Positions 7,151 to 17,182 are shown, numbered from the stretch's first letter. The stretch is 64,000 nucleotides of DNA from Parcubacteria group bacterium GW2011_GWA2_51_10 (GCA_001004265.1 LCQS01000001.1:2324-66323); one strand, 5' to 3'. Made by a program: numbers and translations. The notes: generated from the letters alone by a model not told the origin.

Positions 7151-8178
7151 TGGTGGCACGGGATAGCTGGGGGATCCATATAATCGTCATGCGCACGCGA
7201 CGTTTAAATTCCTCCAGCGATCCGGTGCCGCCATCAAAGGTAGCGCACCGCGCCACGTTGCTTGATACAGAGGCAACGAGACACATTCCTGTTCTTTTAC
7301 ACGAAACAATCAGAGAACTCGCAATCGCGCGGGGCGACATCGTCGTTGACACCACGCTCGGCGGAGCCGGCCACGCATCCGCAATCGCGGAGCGGCTTGG
7401 CGCTAAAGGCCTTCTTATCGGCATAGACGCTGATCACGCCGCAATCGAACGATCGAGAAACGCGCTCGCACATTTCAACAATACGAAGATTCATCTCATC
7501 GAGGGGAATTTTCGAAATCTTGCTGCCATTTTGAACACGTTAGACGTGCCAACTATCGACAAAGCGCTTTTCGATCTCGGATGGAGCGGATATCAGCTCG
7601 CTGCTGGCAAAGGATTCTCCTTTCTTCGCGATGAGCCACTCCTCATGACGTATGGGGAGCCGGGGGAGGGAACTCTTACTGCTCGCACGATCGTGAATGA
7701 ATGGAGCGAGGATAGCATTGCCGATGTCTTATTCGGATGGGGCGAGGAGCGCTATGCGCGACGCATCGCAAAAAAAATCGTGGAGCGTCGGACTCGAGAG
7801 CCAATAGAAACTTCAATGCAGCTTGCCGCGATTGTGAAGGAGGCAGTGCCGCCGAAGTATCGATTCGGCAGAATTCATCCCGCGACAAAAACATTTCAGG
7901 CGCTTCGGATCGCGGTCAATGACGAACTCGGTGCGCTCTCGAAGGGACTTTCGGCCGCATGGGAACACCTACGGGAGGATGGGCGCATCGCAGTCATTAC
8001 GTTCCACAGCATTGAGGATAGGGAAGTAAAACATCTCTTCGCCGGGTGGGAGAAATCAGGGAGTGGAAAACGAGTAGCGAAAAAGCCGATACGTCCAACG
8101 AGGGAGGAAATCGAGCGCAATCCGCGCGCTCGAAGTGCGAAATTGCGAGTTGTCAAAAAAGTCCTACAAGAAATCTGA
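7150..8178 (+). CDS. rsmH: 16S rRNA (cytosine1402-N4)-methyltransferase
   Basis: HIPVLL, TLGGAGHA, FDLGWSGYQL, FHSIEDR, NPRARSAKLR. An alternative ATG at 7189 lies 4 nt after a TATAAT (7179-7184). Confidence 0.9.
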   Translation: MVARDSWGIHIIVMRTRRLNSSSDPVPPSKVAHRATLLDTEATRHIPVLLHETIRELAIARGDIVVDTTLGGAGHASAIAERLGAKGLLIGIDADHAAIERSRNALAHFNNTKIHLIEGNFRNLAAILNTLDVPTIDKALFDLGWSGYQLAAGKGFSFLRDEPLLMTYGEPGEGTLTARTIVNEWSEDSIADVLFGWGEERYARRIAKKIVERRTREPIETSMQLAAIVKEAVPPKYRFGRIHPATKTFQALRIAVNDELGALSKGLSAAWEHLREDGRIAVITFHSIEDREVKHLFAGWEKSGSGKRVAKKPIRPTREEIERNPRARSAKLRVVKKVLQEI

Positions 8179-8211
8179 CTGAACTTCGTGTCGTAAAGCA
8201 ACGTACAAAAA

Positions 8212-8547
8212 ATGAACAAGCGTATATCCATATTAAGTATTGAGCATCCCTTCGAGCGCCTTCTCCTGCGCGCGCTTTTAGTCATTTTTGTCGGCCTCAT
8301 ATTCGCATATCTATATTTTGTCGGGGCATCCATTCTCCATATCATCGCTCGCAAAGATGCGCTCACGCAATCAGCTGCGATCAGCACCGCGATCGGGAAC
8401 CATGAGCGGGACTATTTTGCACTGTCGAAAAATCTGACGGCAGAATCGGGCGGACAATTCGGCCTTCGGCCAGTGGGAGAGGTTGCGTATGTCAATCGTC
8501 CGGGCACACTCGGTCTCGCCGACGGCGCTCTTGAGAACGGTATATGA
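8212..8547 (+). CDS. FtsL-like small bitopic membrane protein (positional call)
   Basis: Single N-terminal TM (LLLRALLVIFVGLIFAYLYFV). It sits between rsmH and ftsI, where ftsL normally lies. No sequence signature. Confidence 0.4.
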   Translation: MNKRISILSIEHPFERLLLRALLVIFVGLIFAYLYFVGASILHIIARKDALTQSAAISTAIGNHERDYFALSKNLTAESGGQFGLRPVGEVAYVNRPGTLGLADGALENGI

Positions 8548-8571
8548 AAAATATCGGATACAGTGTAGACA

Positions 8572-10296
8572 ATGCCGCAGACAGCAAAGAGTAGATTACG
8601 CAATCGCGCCCGCATACTTTCCGGCATATTCATATTGGTCGCAGGGTTTCTCATTGTGCGACTGTATTTTGTGCAGATCATCCACGGTGATAAATTCGCG
8701 CGCGATGCAATGGGGCAATATGTCGCGCCCGCGCCGGATACGCAGGAGCGCGGGTCAATTTTTTTCACTCGCAACGATGGCGCCTCGGTCGCAGCCGCTG
8801 TCATGCAATCGGGATGGCGCATTGCTATTCAACCAAAAAGCTTAACGGACCCCGCGGCAATATATGAAAAACTAAATGGCCTCACTCCCATAGATAGGGA
8901 GCGCTTTTTTGGCAGCGCGGATAAGACAGGCGACCCGTATGAAGAAGTGGCATTCAAGGTTCCCGACGACGCGGCGAGCGCTATTCGCGCAAAAAAGATT
9001 TCGGGCATCATTCTTGTGCGGGACGAGTGGCGCTACTATCCCGCGGGCGCGCTCGCCGCACACACGGTTGGGTTTGTCGGTTATAAGGGCGATACAAAAA
9101 CGGGCGTGTACGGGCTTGAGCGCAGCTGGCAGGACACGCTCACGCGCACATCGAGAGATCACTACGTCAATCCATTCGCAGAGATTTTCACGAACGTTGG
9201 CGATTTATTCGCGAGCGATCCGAGTGGACGGCAGGGAGATATCATCACTTCGATAGAGCCGGCCGTGGAGAAGGAGTTGGAAGAGGCGCTCGAAGAAGTG
9301 CGAGAAAAATACGATGCAAAAATTGTCGGCGGGATCGTCATGAATCCGCGAACAGGCGAGATTATCGCGCTCGGCGCGAAGCCGGACTTCAATCCGAATA
9401 CGTACAATCTCGTTTCCGACATTGCCATATTTTCTAACCCGCTCGTGGAAAATATTTACGAGATGGGCTCCATCATGAAGCCCCTCACTGTTGCAGCGGG
9501 AATTGACGCCGGCGCCATCAGGCCCGAGAGCATCTATGAAGATAGGGGATTCATCATGCGAAGCGGTAAGAAAATATCAAATTTTGACGGAAAGGCGCGG
9601 GGAGTTGTTAGCATGCAAGAGGTACTCAATCAGTCGCTTAATACGGGCGCGGCCTTTATTGCGGAAAAGACGGGACATTCGGTTTTTTCGGATTACATCC
9701 ATGCGGCGGGATTGGGCGAAAAAACGGGAATCGATCTGCCGAATGAATCGGCAGGATTAATTCGCGCAATAGAGGGCGGGACAGATGTGGACTATGCTTC
9801 AGCTTCGTTTGGGCAGGGAATAGCGTTTTCTCCCATTGCGATGGTGCGTGCGCTTTCTGCGCTTGCCAATGGCGGAGCGATACCAGTACCGCATATTGTG
9901 ACCGCAATTCGCTATCAGAGCGGCGTTGTGAAAAAAATTCCTGTTGCGGAGCAGAGACAAGTTTTCAAGCCGGAGACTGCCGAGACCGTAACACGCATGC
10001 TTACGACCGTGTACGACAAGGCACTTTTGGACGGCGAGCTTCGTGAAGAGCGCTACTCGATCGCGGCAAAGACGGGCACGGCGCAGATTGCGGTTCCCGG
10101 CGGCGCGGGATACTACGACGATCGTTATTTGCACTCATTCTTCGGATACTTTCCCGCGCATGATCCGCAGTTCATCGTATTTCTGTATGCCCTCGAGCCG
10201 CGCGGCGAATTGTATGCCTCGCGCACGCTCGCGCGCCCCTTCCATGAGATCGCGAAGTTTTTGATAAATTACTACGAAATCCCGCCGGATAGATAG
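8572..10296 (+). CDS. ftsI: Class B penicillin-binding protein / peptidoglycan D,D-transpeptidase
   Basis: N-terminal TM, PBP dimerisation domain, SxxK = SIMK, SxN = SLN, KTG = KTGTA. Confidence 0.88.
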   Translation: MPQTAKSRLRNRARILSGIFILVAGFLIVRLYFVQIIHGDKFARDAMGQYVAPAPDTQERGSIFFTRNDGASVAAAVMQSGWRIAIQPKSLTDPAAIYEKLNGLTPIDRERFFGSADKTGDPYEEVAFKVPDDAASAIRAKKISGIILVRDEWRYYPAGALAAHTVGFVGYKGDTKTGVYGLERSWQDTLTRTSRDHYVNPFAEIFTNVGDLFASDPSGRQGDIITSIEPAVEKELEEALEEVREKYDAKIVGGIVMNPRTGEIIALGAKPDFNPNTYNLVSDIAIFSNPLVENIYEMGSIMKPLTVAAGIDAGAIRPESIYEDRGFIMRSGKKISNFDGKARGVVSMQEVLNQSLNTGAAFIAEKTGHSVFSDYIHAAGLGEKTGIDLPNESAGLIRAIEGGTDVDYASASFGQGIAFSPIAMVRALSALANGGAIPVPHIVTAIRYQSGVVKKIPVAEQRQVFKPETAETVTRMLTTVYDKALLDGELREERYSIAAKTGTAQIAVPGGAGYYDDRYLHSFFGYFPAHDPQFIVFLYALEPRGELYASRTLARPFHEIAKFLINYYEIPPDR

Positions 10297-10387
10297 AATA
10301 GGGAAGCAGCGTATAGCGTATAGCGTGCAGCATATGACGTATCTTGTATCTACAAACTAAAAAATATAAACTGAAACTGTTTCTGAA

Positions 10388-10460
10388 GGCGCATTCGTCT
10401 AGGGGCCTAGGACACTACCCTCTCACGGTAGGAACACGGGTTCAAATCCCGTATGCGTCA
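10388..10460 (+). tRNA. tRNA-Glu (anticodon CUC), no encoded CCA
   Basis: Acceptor GGCGCAT/ATGCGTC, D region TCGTCTAGGGGCCTAGGAC typical of tRNA-Glu, anticodon stem CTACC/GGTAG with loop CT-CTC-AC, T arm ACGGG-TTCAAAT-CCCGT. Confidence 0.9.
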
Positions 10461-10529
10461 CAAAATTTTGCTATTCGGAGTGACGGACTAAGCAGCGTAT
10501 TCGAACTCTGTCGCGGGTCATATAAAAAC

Positions 10530-10553
10530 AAACGGCCCCGCGGAGGGCCGTTT
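10530..10553. terminator. Bidirectional stem-loop terminator between tRNA-Glu and the Crp-like gene
   Basis: AAACGGCCC (10530-10538) pairs with GGGCCGTTT (10545-10553), with a 6-nt loop and A/T runs on both sides. Confidence 0.7.
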
Positions 10554-10569
10554 AAGCGTCGGATGGGCG

Positions 10570-11148
10570 TCAGCCTCTGGGTTTCGGCTTCTCCGGCCAC
10601 TTAGTATTGCGCCACTTCCTGAAGACGCGCGATACCATCTCGCGTGAGGATGCCACCTGCACCGCAACGAGAGTGGAGTGATGCCGCCTTGCTGCACGCG
10701 GCGTCCACAATGAGGGATAGTGCTCGAATAGTTTGAGCATCATTTCCTCGATACCATCGCATGCATATAGCTCCTTCACGGCGCGAGTTCTTCTTGCGTC
10801 GCTGCTCGTGATTACTTCGATATCCTCCGGCGTGAGATCGCTCTTGTGGATCCCCTGAACGGTCGCGTACTTATAAGCCCGTGCTTTCCCGAACCAGGAG
10901 GTGCCTTCGAGCAATTCAATACCGAGGGCTTCACCGCGCACTACGATGCCGAGTCCCTTCTCATTCGCACGGCTGCTGATGCGGTAAATCGAAAGGACAC
11001 CCTCCAGCACGAGATAGGCACATCGTGCCTTCACGCCAATTTCGCATTCGTGCAGAGGCTCATTGCGCCCGAGTCGTATGGGCTCCGGCCGCACTGCCTT
11101 GAGCAATGTTGCGGGGAGGACCGTGCTTGTTGACAAACATGTATTCAT
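10570..11148 (-). CDS. Crp/Fnr-family transcriptional regulator
   Basis: N-terminal cNMP-binding-like beta-roll (AYLVLEGVLSIYR...G.E.LG) and C-terminal HTH (ASSREMVSRVFRKW). Strong SD: AGGAGG 4 nt before the ATG. Confidence 0.6.
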   Translation of the reverse strand: MNTCLSTSTVLPATLLKAVRPEPIRLGRNEPLHECEIGVKARCAYLVLEGVLSIYRISSRANEKGLGIVVRGEALGIELLEGTSWFGKARAYKYATVQGIHKSDLTPEDIEVITSSDARRTRAVKELYACDGIEEMMLKLFEHYPSLWTPRAARRHHSTLVAVQVASSREMVSRVFRKWRNTKWPEKPKPRG

Positions 11149-11225
11149 GATGCCTCCTGTGGGTTAGAAGGTCCGGACACAGCCTGCCGTCTGGACTGCG
11201 GGAAGCATATGCCACCACATGGTCT

Positions 11226-11792
11226 GTGGCAAGTCGAGATGTTTCATCTATTATTTTGTATACTGCCGCAGTGCGCAAAGCGCTGAAGAGGGAATTTTAT
11301 GTGCGCGATGGAGAAATCGTGGCGCGTGAGCTTTTGGGGAAATTCCTTGTGCGCAAAATTGGAACTAAAGAAATCGCAGCGATGATCACTGAGGTGGAAC
11401 TATACGAAGGATTCGAGGATAGGGCGTCGCACGGGTTCAAGAGAACAAAGCGCTCCGAAGTTATGTATGGCCCGGGCGGGCATTGGTACGTGTATCTATG
11501 TTACGGCATGTACGAAATGCTAAATATTGTAATAGGACCGGAAGATCATCCCGCGGCAATTCTGATTCGCGGCGCTGATACATATAATGGACCGGGAAAG
11601 CTGACACGAGCACTTCGTATCGACAGAACTCTGAACGCAATGCCGGCGAGCAAGGAGACAGGTTTATGGATTGAGGATAGGAGATTCGCAATCTCGCAAA
11701 AAGATATATTGCGAACGCCTCGCATCGGCATCGGCGATGCAGGACCGAAATGGACTAAACGTCTGCATAGATTCCTCTTGCAACAGAATTGA
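11226..11792 (+). CDS. mpg: DNA-3-methyladenine glycosylase (Mpg/AAG family)
   Basis: VARELLGKFLV, TEVELYEG..DRASH, GPGGHWYVYLCYGMYEMLNIV, ILIRG, GPGKLTRALRID. GTG start is uncertain. Confidence 0.8.
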   Translation: MASRDVSSIILYTAAVRKALKREFYVRDGEIVARELLGKFLVRKIGTKEIAAMITEVELYEGFEDRASHGFKRTKRSEVMYGPGGHWYVYLCYGMYEMLNIVIGPEDHPAAILIRGADTYNGPGKLTRALRIDRTLNAMPASKETGLWIEDRRFAISQKDILRTPRIGIGDAGPKWTKRLHRFLLQQN

Positions 11793-11878
11793 CGAGAAAT
11801 TTGTCTACTGCACAATATGATGAGCGGGTTGTCGCCTCTTTCCTGATTGCAAATAAGAGGCAAAAGCTGGAGAAGCAA

Positions 11879-11983
11879 ATGAGCATATGGTGGGTGGTCG
11901 TGATGTTACTCGGGCTCCTTGTAGCTATTGGAGTCCTCTACATGGTTCTCCAAAGCCGTCTAAAGAAGACGGATCTCCCCTAG
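11879..11983 (+). CDS. 34-aa single-TM peptide (hypothetical)
   Basis: ATG at 11879 preceded by GGAG 6 nt upstream. MSIWWVVVMLLGLLVAIGVLYMVLQSRLKKTDLP. Followed by a 10-bp hairpin (11990-12014). Confidence 0.35.
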   Translation: MSIWWVVVMLLGLLVAIGVLYMVLQSRLKKTDLP

Positions 11984-12021
11984 AAGCTCGGAGGTGCCCT
12001 CTTCGGGCATCTCCATTTATA

Positions 12022-12282
12022 ATGTTCGACATGAAATCATTTCGAGAAAAGGTTCACTCGATCGTCGCGAGAATTCCGAAAGGGAAAACGCTGACGTATA
12101 AAGAAGTCGCTACGCGAGCGGGAAATCCGAAGGCGGCGCGGGCCGTCGGCGCGATAATGCGAACGAATTATGACTCGGCGATCCCGTGCCATCGCGTTGT
12201 GCGCTCCGACGGACGGCCCGGTGGTTACAATCGCGGCGCAAGTATAAAGGTCGCATTGTTGCGACAGGAGCGATTGCAGTAA
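12022..12282 (+). CDS. ogt: Methylated-DNA--protein-cysteine methyltransferase, DNA-binding/active-site domain only
   Basis: IPKGKTLTYKEVA...NPKAARAVG and the PCHRV active-site motif. The ORF-track start at 11887 is unlikely. ATG at 12022, or ATG at 12031 which lies 7 nt after TATAAT (12018-12023). Confidence 0.78.
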   Translation: MFDMKSFREKVHSIVARIPKGKTLTYKEVATRAGNPKAARAVGAIMRTNYDSAIPCHRVVRSDGRPGGYNRGASIKVALLRQERLQ

Positions 12283-12443
12283 TGTATAATCCATTCATAT
12301 GCCCGGTAGTGTAATGTGCCTTGGGCTTACACAATGTTTGAATCAAAAATCATCACTATGACAAAGCAGAAAATAGGGTATTTATTATTAAGCCGCGGCG
12401 GCCGGTAGGCGTCTGCCGCAAAAGGCAGGTTTACTAACCGGGT

Positions 12444-13385
12444 ATGTCGAACGTCATCGTGTCAGGTTCGCTCGCGTATGATCGCATCATGGATTACAAC
12501 GGGCTCTTCGCCGATCACTTCGTGCCGGACAAGATTCACAGCATCAGTCTTAGCTTCACGGTCGACAGAATGTCTGTCGAATTCGGCGGCACGGCGGGCA
12601 ATATCGCATACAATCTCGCTCTCCTCGGCGAAAAGCCCGCGATTATTGCAACGGCCGGAACTGATTTTGGATCTTATAAATCGCATTTGCTGCTCTCCGG
12701 CATCGATCCGACGACGATCCGTATCGTGGAAGGGGAGATGACATCCTCCGCAGTCGTCCTTACGGACAAAGCAGACAATCAAATCGCGGCATTTCATCCA
12801 GGAGCGGGGGGGCACGCGTATGACACGCCTGTTGAGACGGACGGCCGCGTGCTCGCTATCATCGCGCCCGGATGCATTTCCGACATGACGTCTCTCCCCG
12901 ATTATTACCGCCGCAAAGGACTTAAGTACCTCTATGATCCCGGCCAGCAGATACTCTCGCTTTCGTCCGAAAATTTACAGGACGGCTTAACAGGCGCACA
13001 CATTTTGTTTGCGAGCGATTACGAATTCGGCCTCATCGCTCAGAAGACGGGATGGGCGGAAGGAACGATACTGGAGCATGTGTCTACAATAGTTGTCACA
13101 TATGGTGCGGAGGGCTCGCGTATCGTTACGCGAGAAGGCGAGACTCGCGTGGCGGCCGCTCCCGTGAAAGACGCCATCGATCCTACCGGGGCGGGTGATG
13201 CCTATCGGGCGGGATTTGTTAAGGGAATGCTCCGTGATCTGCCGTACACTTCCTGTGCCAAGCTTGGGAGCATCGTCGCGTCGTATGCAGTTGAAGCATA
13301 CGGGACGCAAACCCACCGCTTCACTCTGGATGATGTTGCCGCCCGATATAAATCTGCGTATGGTGAGAAGGTGGCGCTCGTGTAA
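12444..13385 (+). CDS. PfkB-family carbohydrate/nucleoside kinase, probably adenosine kinase by context
   Basis: GG motif (FGGTAGN) and DPTGAGDAYRAGF anion-hole motif. Located 9 nt upstream of ahcY. Confidence 0.75.
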   Translation: MSNVIVSGSLAYDRIMDYNGLFADHFVPDKIHSISLSFTVDRMSVEFGGTAGNIAYNLALLGEKPAIIATAGTDFGSYKSHLLLSGIDPTTIRIVEGEMTSSAVVLTDKADNQIAAFHPGAGGHAYDTPVETDGRVLAIIAPGCISDMTSLPDYYRRKGLKYLYDPGQQILSLSSENLQDGLTGAHILFASDYEFGLIAQKTGWAEGTILEHVSTIVVTYGAEGSRIVTREGETRVAAAPVKDAIDPTGAGDAYRAGFVKGMLRDLPYTSCAKLGSIVASYAVEAYGTQTHRFTLDDVAARYKSAYGEKVALV

Positions 13386-13394
13386 ATTATAATC

Positions 13395-14651
13395 ATGCCG
13401 AACGATATCAAAGACATCACGCTGGCAGAGGAAGGAAAGCGGCTCATCGAATGGGCGGCGCGCGATATGCCTGTTCTTTCGAGCATTAAAGAGCGCTTCG
13501 AGAAAGAGAAACCCCTGAAGGGGATGAAAATAGGCGCATGCCTACACGTGACTGTTGAGACGGCAAACCTGATGCTCGCCCTCAAAGCTGGTGGCGCGGA
13601 CGTCGCCCTCTGTGCATCAAATCCGCTTTCGTCGCAAGATGAGGCGGCGGCGGGCCTCGTTAGTCTCGGCATTCCGGTATTTGCAATTTCTGGAGAAGAC
13701 CGCGATACTTTTTTTAAGCATATCAATTCGGTCATTGCATATAGACCCGACATAACGATGGATGACGGAGCAGATCTCGTTACCGCCATCCATACGAAGC
13801 ATCCAGAATTGCTCGCTCACATGATTGGAAGCACGGAAGAGACAACGACAGGCGTGATCCGTTTGCGTGCAATGGCGCGCGATGGCGCGCTCAAAATTCC
13901 CGTCGTTGCAGTGAACGATGCGAAGACGAAGAATCTTTTTGATAATCGTTACGGCACGGGCCAATCCACGATGGAGGCGATCATACGTGCGACAGACATG
14001 CTCGTCGCCGGCCGCGTGTTCGTCGTCGCCGGGTATGGCTGGTGCGGAAAGGGGCTTTCGATGCGCGCTCGCGGCATGGGGGCGAATATCATCGTAACAG
14101 AGGTGGATCCCGTGAAAGCGCTCGAAGCGGCGATGGATGGATTTCGCGTGATGCCGATGATTGAGGCGGCGCCTTTGGGAGATTTGTTCTGCACCGTCAC
14201 AGGCGACATCAACGTCATAGGCGCGGAACATTTCAAGATGATGAAAGATGGGGCGTTTGTGTGCAATGCCGGTCACTTTGACGTCGAGGTCAATGTGAAA
14301 GCGCTAGAGAAAATGGCAGACAGCGTGAAAAGGGGAATTCGAGAACACGTGGATGAGTATTTGCTTGGCGGGAGAAGAATTTATGTTCTTGCAGAGGGCC
14401 GTTTGGTGAATCTTGCCGCGGCCGAGGGGCATCCCGCGAGCGTGATGGATATGAGCTTTTCGACGCAGGCACTCGCATGCGAATGGCTTGTCCTGAGCGG
14501 AGCCGAAGGGCTCGCTCCGGGTGTGCACAACGTGCCAGAGAAGATCGAGAACGATGTCGCACGTCTCAAACTCGCCTCGATGGGACTTTCGATAGATACG
14601 CTCACGGAGGAGCAGAAGAGATATCTAGCGAGCTGGCAAGAAGGGACATGA
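13395..14651 (+). CDS. ahcY: Adenosylhomocysteinase
   Basis: Full-length match to the SAH hydrolase pattern ([24 protein letters not shown] site [17 protein letters not shown]). Confidence 0.93.
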   Translation: MPNDIKDITLAEEGKRLIEWAARDMPVLSSIKERFEKEKPLKGMKIGACLHVTVETANLMLALKAGGADVALCASNPLSSQDEAAAGLVSLGIPVFAISGEDRDTFFKHINSVIAYRPDITMDDGADLVTAIHTKHPELLAHMIGSTEETTTGVIRLRAMARDGALKIPVVAVNDAKTKNLFDNRYGTGQSTMEAIIRATDMLVAGRVFVVAGYGWCGKGLSMRARGMGANIIVTEVDPVKALEAAMDGFRVMPMIEAAPLGDLFCTVTGDINVIGAEHFKMMKDGAFVCNAGHFDVEVNVKALEKMADSVKRGIREHVDEYLLGGRRIYVLAEGRLVNLAAAEGHPASVMDMSFSTQALACEWLVLSGAEGLAPGVHNVPEKIENDVARLKLASMGLSIDTLTEEQKRYLASWQEGT

Positions 14652-14691
14652 ACTAGTAAGTAGAGAGTAGTACGTAGAAAGTAGGGAGTAT
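14652..14691 (+). repeat. Heptad-phased xTAG module (six units) between ahcY and the hydrolase gene
   Basis: CTAG at 14653; GTAG at 14660, 14667, 14674 and 14681; GTAT at 14688 running into the ATG at 14692. Contains GGGAG as the SD. Confidence 0.85.
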
Positions 14692-15618
14692 ATGAAAGCA
14701 AAACTTGAAATGCGGGCGTGTCATCACGTCGAAATAATTACGCCGAAGAAGGTGCGTCTCAACGGGTTGTGGTTCGGACCCGCCTCGACGCGCATCCGCT
14801 CGTCGACGCGAGGCAGGCCTCGAAAATCAAAGCGCACGATAATTTGGGTTCATGGACTCGCAAGCTCGATGTTCAGCAAGCAGCGCATCATGGAACGACT
14901 CGCGAAAAAAGGTATTGCGGTACTCGCATTCAATAATCGCGGACATGACGCAATCAGTCGCATTGCGAAAGTTGGTGAGAAGAGAATTGCCAAATCGAGA
15001 TGGGGAGGAGGAGCGCACGAAATATTTGCCGAGTGTGTGGACGATATCGACGGTGCTATAGGATTTGCTCGCCGTGCCGGCGCCAAAGAGATATTTCTTG
15101 TGGGCCACTCAACTGGTTGCCAAAAATCCATATACTGGGCATACAAACGAAAAGGCCGAGGCATCAAAGGCATCGTTCTATTGGCACCAATGAGCGATTG
15201 GGCGGCGGAAATACATCTGAAAGGTAAAAAGAGAATCGACAAGAATAATGCTGTAGCTCGAGCACTCGTGCGAAACGGCCGGAAACACGAGTTGCTGCCG
15301 CAAAAGTTGTGGCCTGGTCCGATAGATGCACAGCGTTTCTTGAGTCTCTACACGCCTGACAGCATCGAAGAAATTTTTTCATATGCACAGCCGAAAAAGA
15401 ACCCTCGTGTTCTTCGTTCCATCCAAAAACCCTTACTTGTCATTTTGGCTGAAAAAGACGAGTTTGCTGACAGGTCGGCTGGAAGAATTGCCGACTGGTT
15501 CGCGAGACGTCTCGGAAAGAGGATACAGGCGGGCGTTATTGCGGATGTGAGTCATAGTTTAAAGGGAGGAGAGACAAAAGTCACTTCACTCATTCTTCAC
15601 TGGATGCGAAGGTTATAA
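14692..15618 (+). CDS. Alpha/beta-fold hydrolase
   Basis: Nucleophile elbow GHSTGC. HGL..S near the N-terminus (oxyanion region). Late His in DVSHSL. Confidence 0.65.
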   Translation: MKAKLEMRACHHVEIITPKKVRLNGLWFGPASTRIRSSTRGRPRKSKRTIIWVHGLASSMFSKQRIMERLAKKGIAVLAFNNRGHDAISRIAKVGEKRIAKSRWGGGAHEIFAECVDDIDGAIGFARRAGAKEIFLVGHSTGCQKSIYWAYKRKGRGIKGIVLLAPMSDWAAEIHLKGKKRIDKNNAVARALVRNGRKHELLPQKLWPGPIDAQRFLSLYTPDSIEEIFSYAQPKKNPRVLRSIQKPLLVILAEKDEFADRSAGRIADWFARRLGKRIQAGVIADVSHSLKGGETKVTSLILHWMRRL

Positions 15619-15657
15619 TTGCGAGGATATTAATAAAGGACCTAATCGCTTTCGAGT

Positions 15658-16260
15658 ATGAATGACAACAAGGGTGTTTGGATTGGGGCGGCGATTTTAG
15701 TGGTGCTTGCTCTTCTCGGTTTGTGGTGGCTCTCAACGCGCCAGCAAAGCGGCCCGCTGGGAGTAGAGAGCGGAAATGGCGGCGAAATCCCGGCATTGGA
15801 ATCGAGGGGCATGGGCGACTTTGTATCCACAGAGAGACGGACTTCAACGAATGTTGCAGATATCGCGGCGGGTATCAGCGGCGCTTCCACGTTTGCTTCG
15901 CTTTTTTCCTCGACGGGTATCAAGGCGACTATTCAGGGAGTGGGGCCCTACACGGTTTTCGTCCCGACCGACGGTGCGTTTTCACTTCTAGAGAGCGGGA
16001 CGATAGCGAATATGAGCGCGGCGGAAAAGAAGCGCCTTGTTCAGTACCATGTGGTATCTGGCCGCGCGATCGATCCGGACGCTGTAAAGAGCGGGCAGAT
16101 AATGGCCCTCTCCAAAGATGTCCTTAATTTCGAAGTAAGTACAACAGACAAGACAGCACGGGTGAACAATTCGTTCTTCATCAAGGCCTACCAGGGCAGA
16201 AACGGTATCGTGTACTTAGTGAGCGCTGTGCTTCTTCCGCCCGAGAGCACCACACCGTAG
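15658..16260 (+). CDS. Membrane-anchored fasciclin (FAS1) domain protein
   Basis: N-terminal TM. FAS1 H1/H2-like motifs YTVFVPTDGAF and LVQYHVVSG. Confidence 0.7.
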   Translation: MNDNKGVWIGAAILVVLALLGLWWLSTRQQSGPLGVESGNGGEIPALESRGMGDFVSTERRTSTNVADIAAGISGASTFASLFSSTGIKATIQGVGPYTVFVPTDGAFSLLESGTIANMSAAEKKRLVQYHVVSGRAIDPDAVKSGQIMALSKDVLNFEVSTTDKTARVNNSFFIKAYQGRNGIVYLVSAVLLPPESTTP

Positions 16261-16267
16261 AAGAAAA

Positions 16268-16337
16268 CCCAGAGGTCGGTTCTCTGGGATTTCGGCGGTA
16301 GACCCTAGAAAACTCAGAGGTCGGTTCTCTGGGATTT
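16268..16337 (+). terminator. Tandemly duplicated terminator hairpin (two copies, 45-bp period)
   Basis: CCCAGAG-GTCGGTT-CTCTGGG-ATTT at 16268-16292 and CTCAGAG-GTCGGTT-CTCTGGG-ATTTT at 16313-16338, just after the fasciclin stop. Confidence 0.7.
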
Positions 16338-16375
16338 TGTGGACGCATATGCGTATCGTCGAACAGTAATGTAAA

Positions 16376-17131
16376 ATGCCTGGCATGGAGGAATCTGGAA
16401 TTCACATTGCGCTCGCGGCCGAGAAGATTAGCGAGTTTTTTGGTTTTCCGATAACGAACACCCTCCTCATGAGTTGGATTGTTGTGATTCTTCTTGCGGT
16501 TCTCGCTTTTATTATCGGGCGAAACCTCGCCCTAATACCGGGCCGCTTCCAAACGCTTCTTGAGTGGACCTTCGGCGGGATATACGACTACATTGCTGAT
16601 ACGCTTGAGAGCAGAGAAATGGCGCGCCGTTTTTTCCCGCTTCTTCTGACCATTTTCTTTTTTATTTTCACCGCAAATCTACTAGAGTTCACACCAGGAA
16701 TTGGCAGTGTCGGTTTCTTTCATGGGAACGAGTTCACGCCGCTCTTACGTAGTATGAACACCGATCTCAATATGACACTCTCACTTGCCATTATTTCTTT
16801 CCTTGTTATAGAGATAACAGGAATAGTCATGATCGGTTTTTGGAAATATTCGAGCAGATTTCTGAACTTCGGCTCTGTCATAGGATTCTTTGTAGGGATA
16901 ATAGAATTTTTCTCGGAGCTTGCGCGACTTGTATCATTCTCTTTCCGTCTCTTTGGGAACATTTTCGCAGGCGAAGTTTTAATACTTGTCATCGCATACT
17001 TTGTTCCGTACTTTCTACCAGTTCCATTTATGGCTTTCGAAGTCTTCGTTGGCTTCATCCAAGCCGCGATTTTCTCGCTCCTCACGCTCTTTTTTATCAA
17101 GCTTGCCGTTACGGAAGTTGCAACGCATTAA
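16376..17131 (+). CDS. atpB: F-type ATP synthase subunit a
   Basis: Five to six TM helices. Conserved Arg region LSFRLFGNIFAGE. First gene of the atp operon. Confidence 0.9.
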   Translation: MPGMEESGIHIALAAEKISEFFGFPITNTLLMSWIVVILLAVLAFIIGRNLALIPGRFQTLLEWTFGGIYDYIADTLESREMARRFFPLLLTIFFFIFTANLLEFTPGIGSVGFFHGNEFTPLLRSMNTDLNMTLSLAIISFLVIEITGIVMIGFWKYSSRFLNFGSVIGFFVGIIEFFSELARLVSFSFRLFGNIFAGEVLILVIAYFVPYFLPVPFMAFEVFVGFIQAAIFSLLTLFFIKLAVTEVATH

Positions 17132-17182
17132 AACAGCGCGCCCACTTTCCTCCGAAGCGGGCGCGATTATATGGCGGTCGGC

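Noticed and set aside
10432-10443. Second GAAC-N4-GTTC (LexA-box-like) match
   Set aside because: It lies inside tRNA-Glu, formed by the variable region and the T arm (GGAACACGGGTTCAAAT). It is a coincidence of tRNA sequence, not an operator.
12301-12345. tRNA-like fragment (GCCCGGTAGTGTAATG...GTTTGAATC)
   Set aside because: The D-arm-like and T-loop-like strings are present, but no acceptor, anticodon or T stems can be paired. It folds instead as a simple GTGTAA/TTACAC hairpin.
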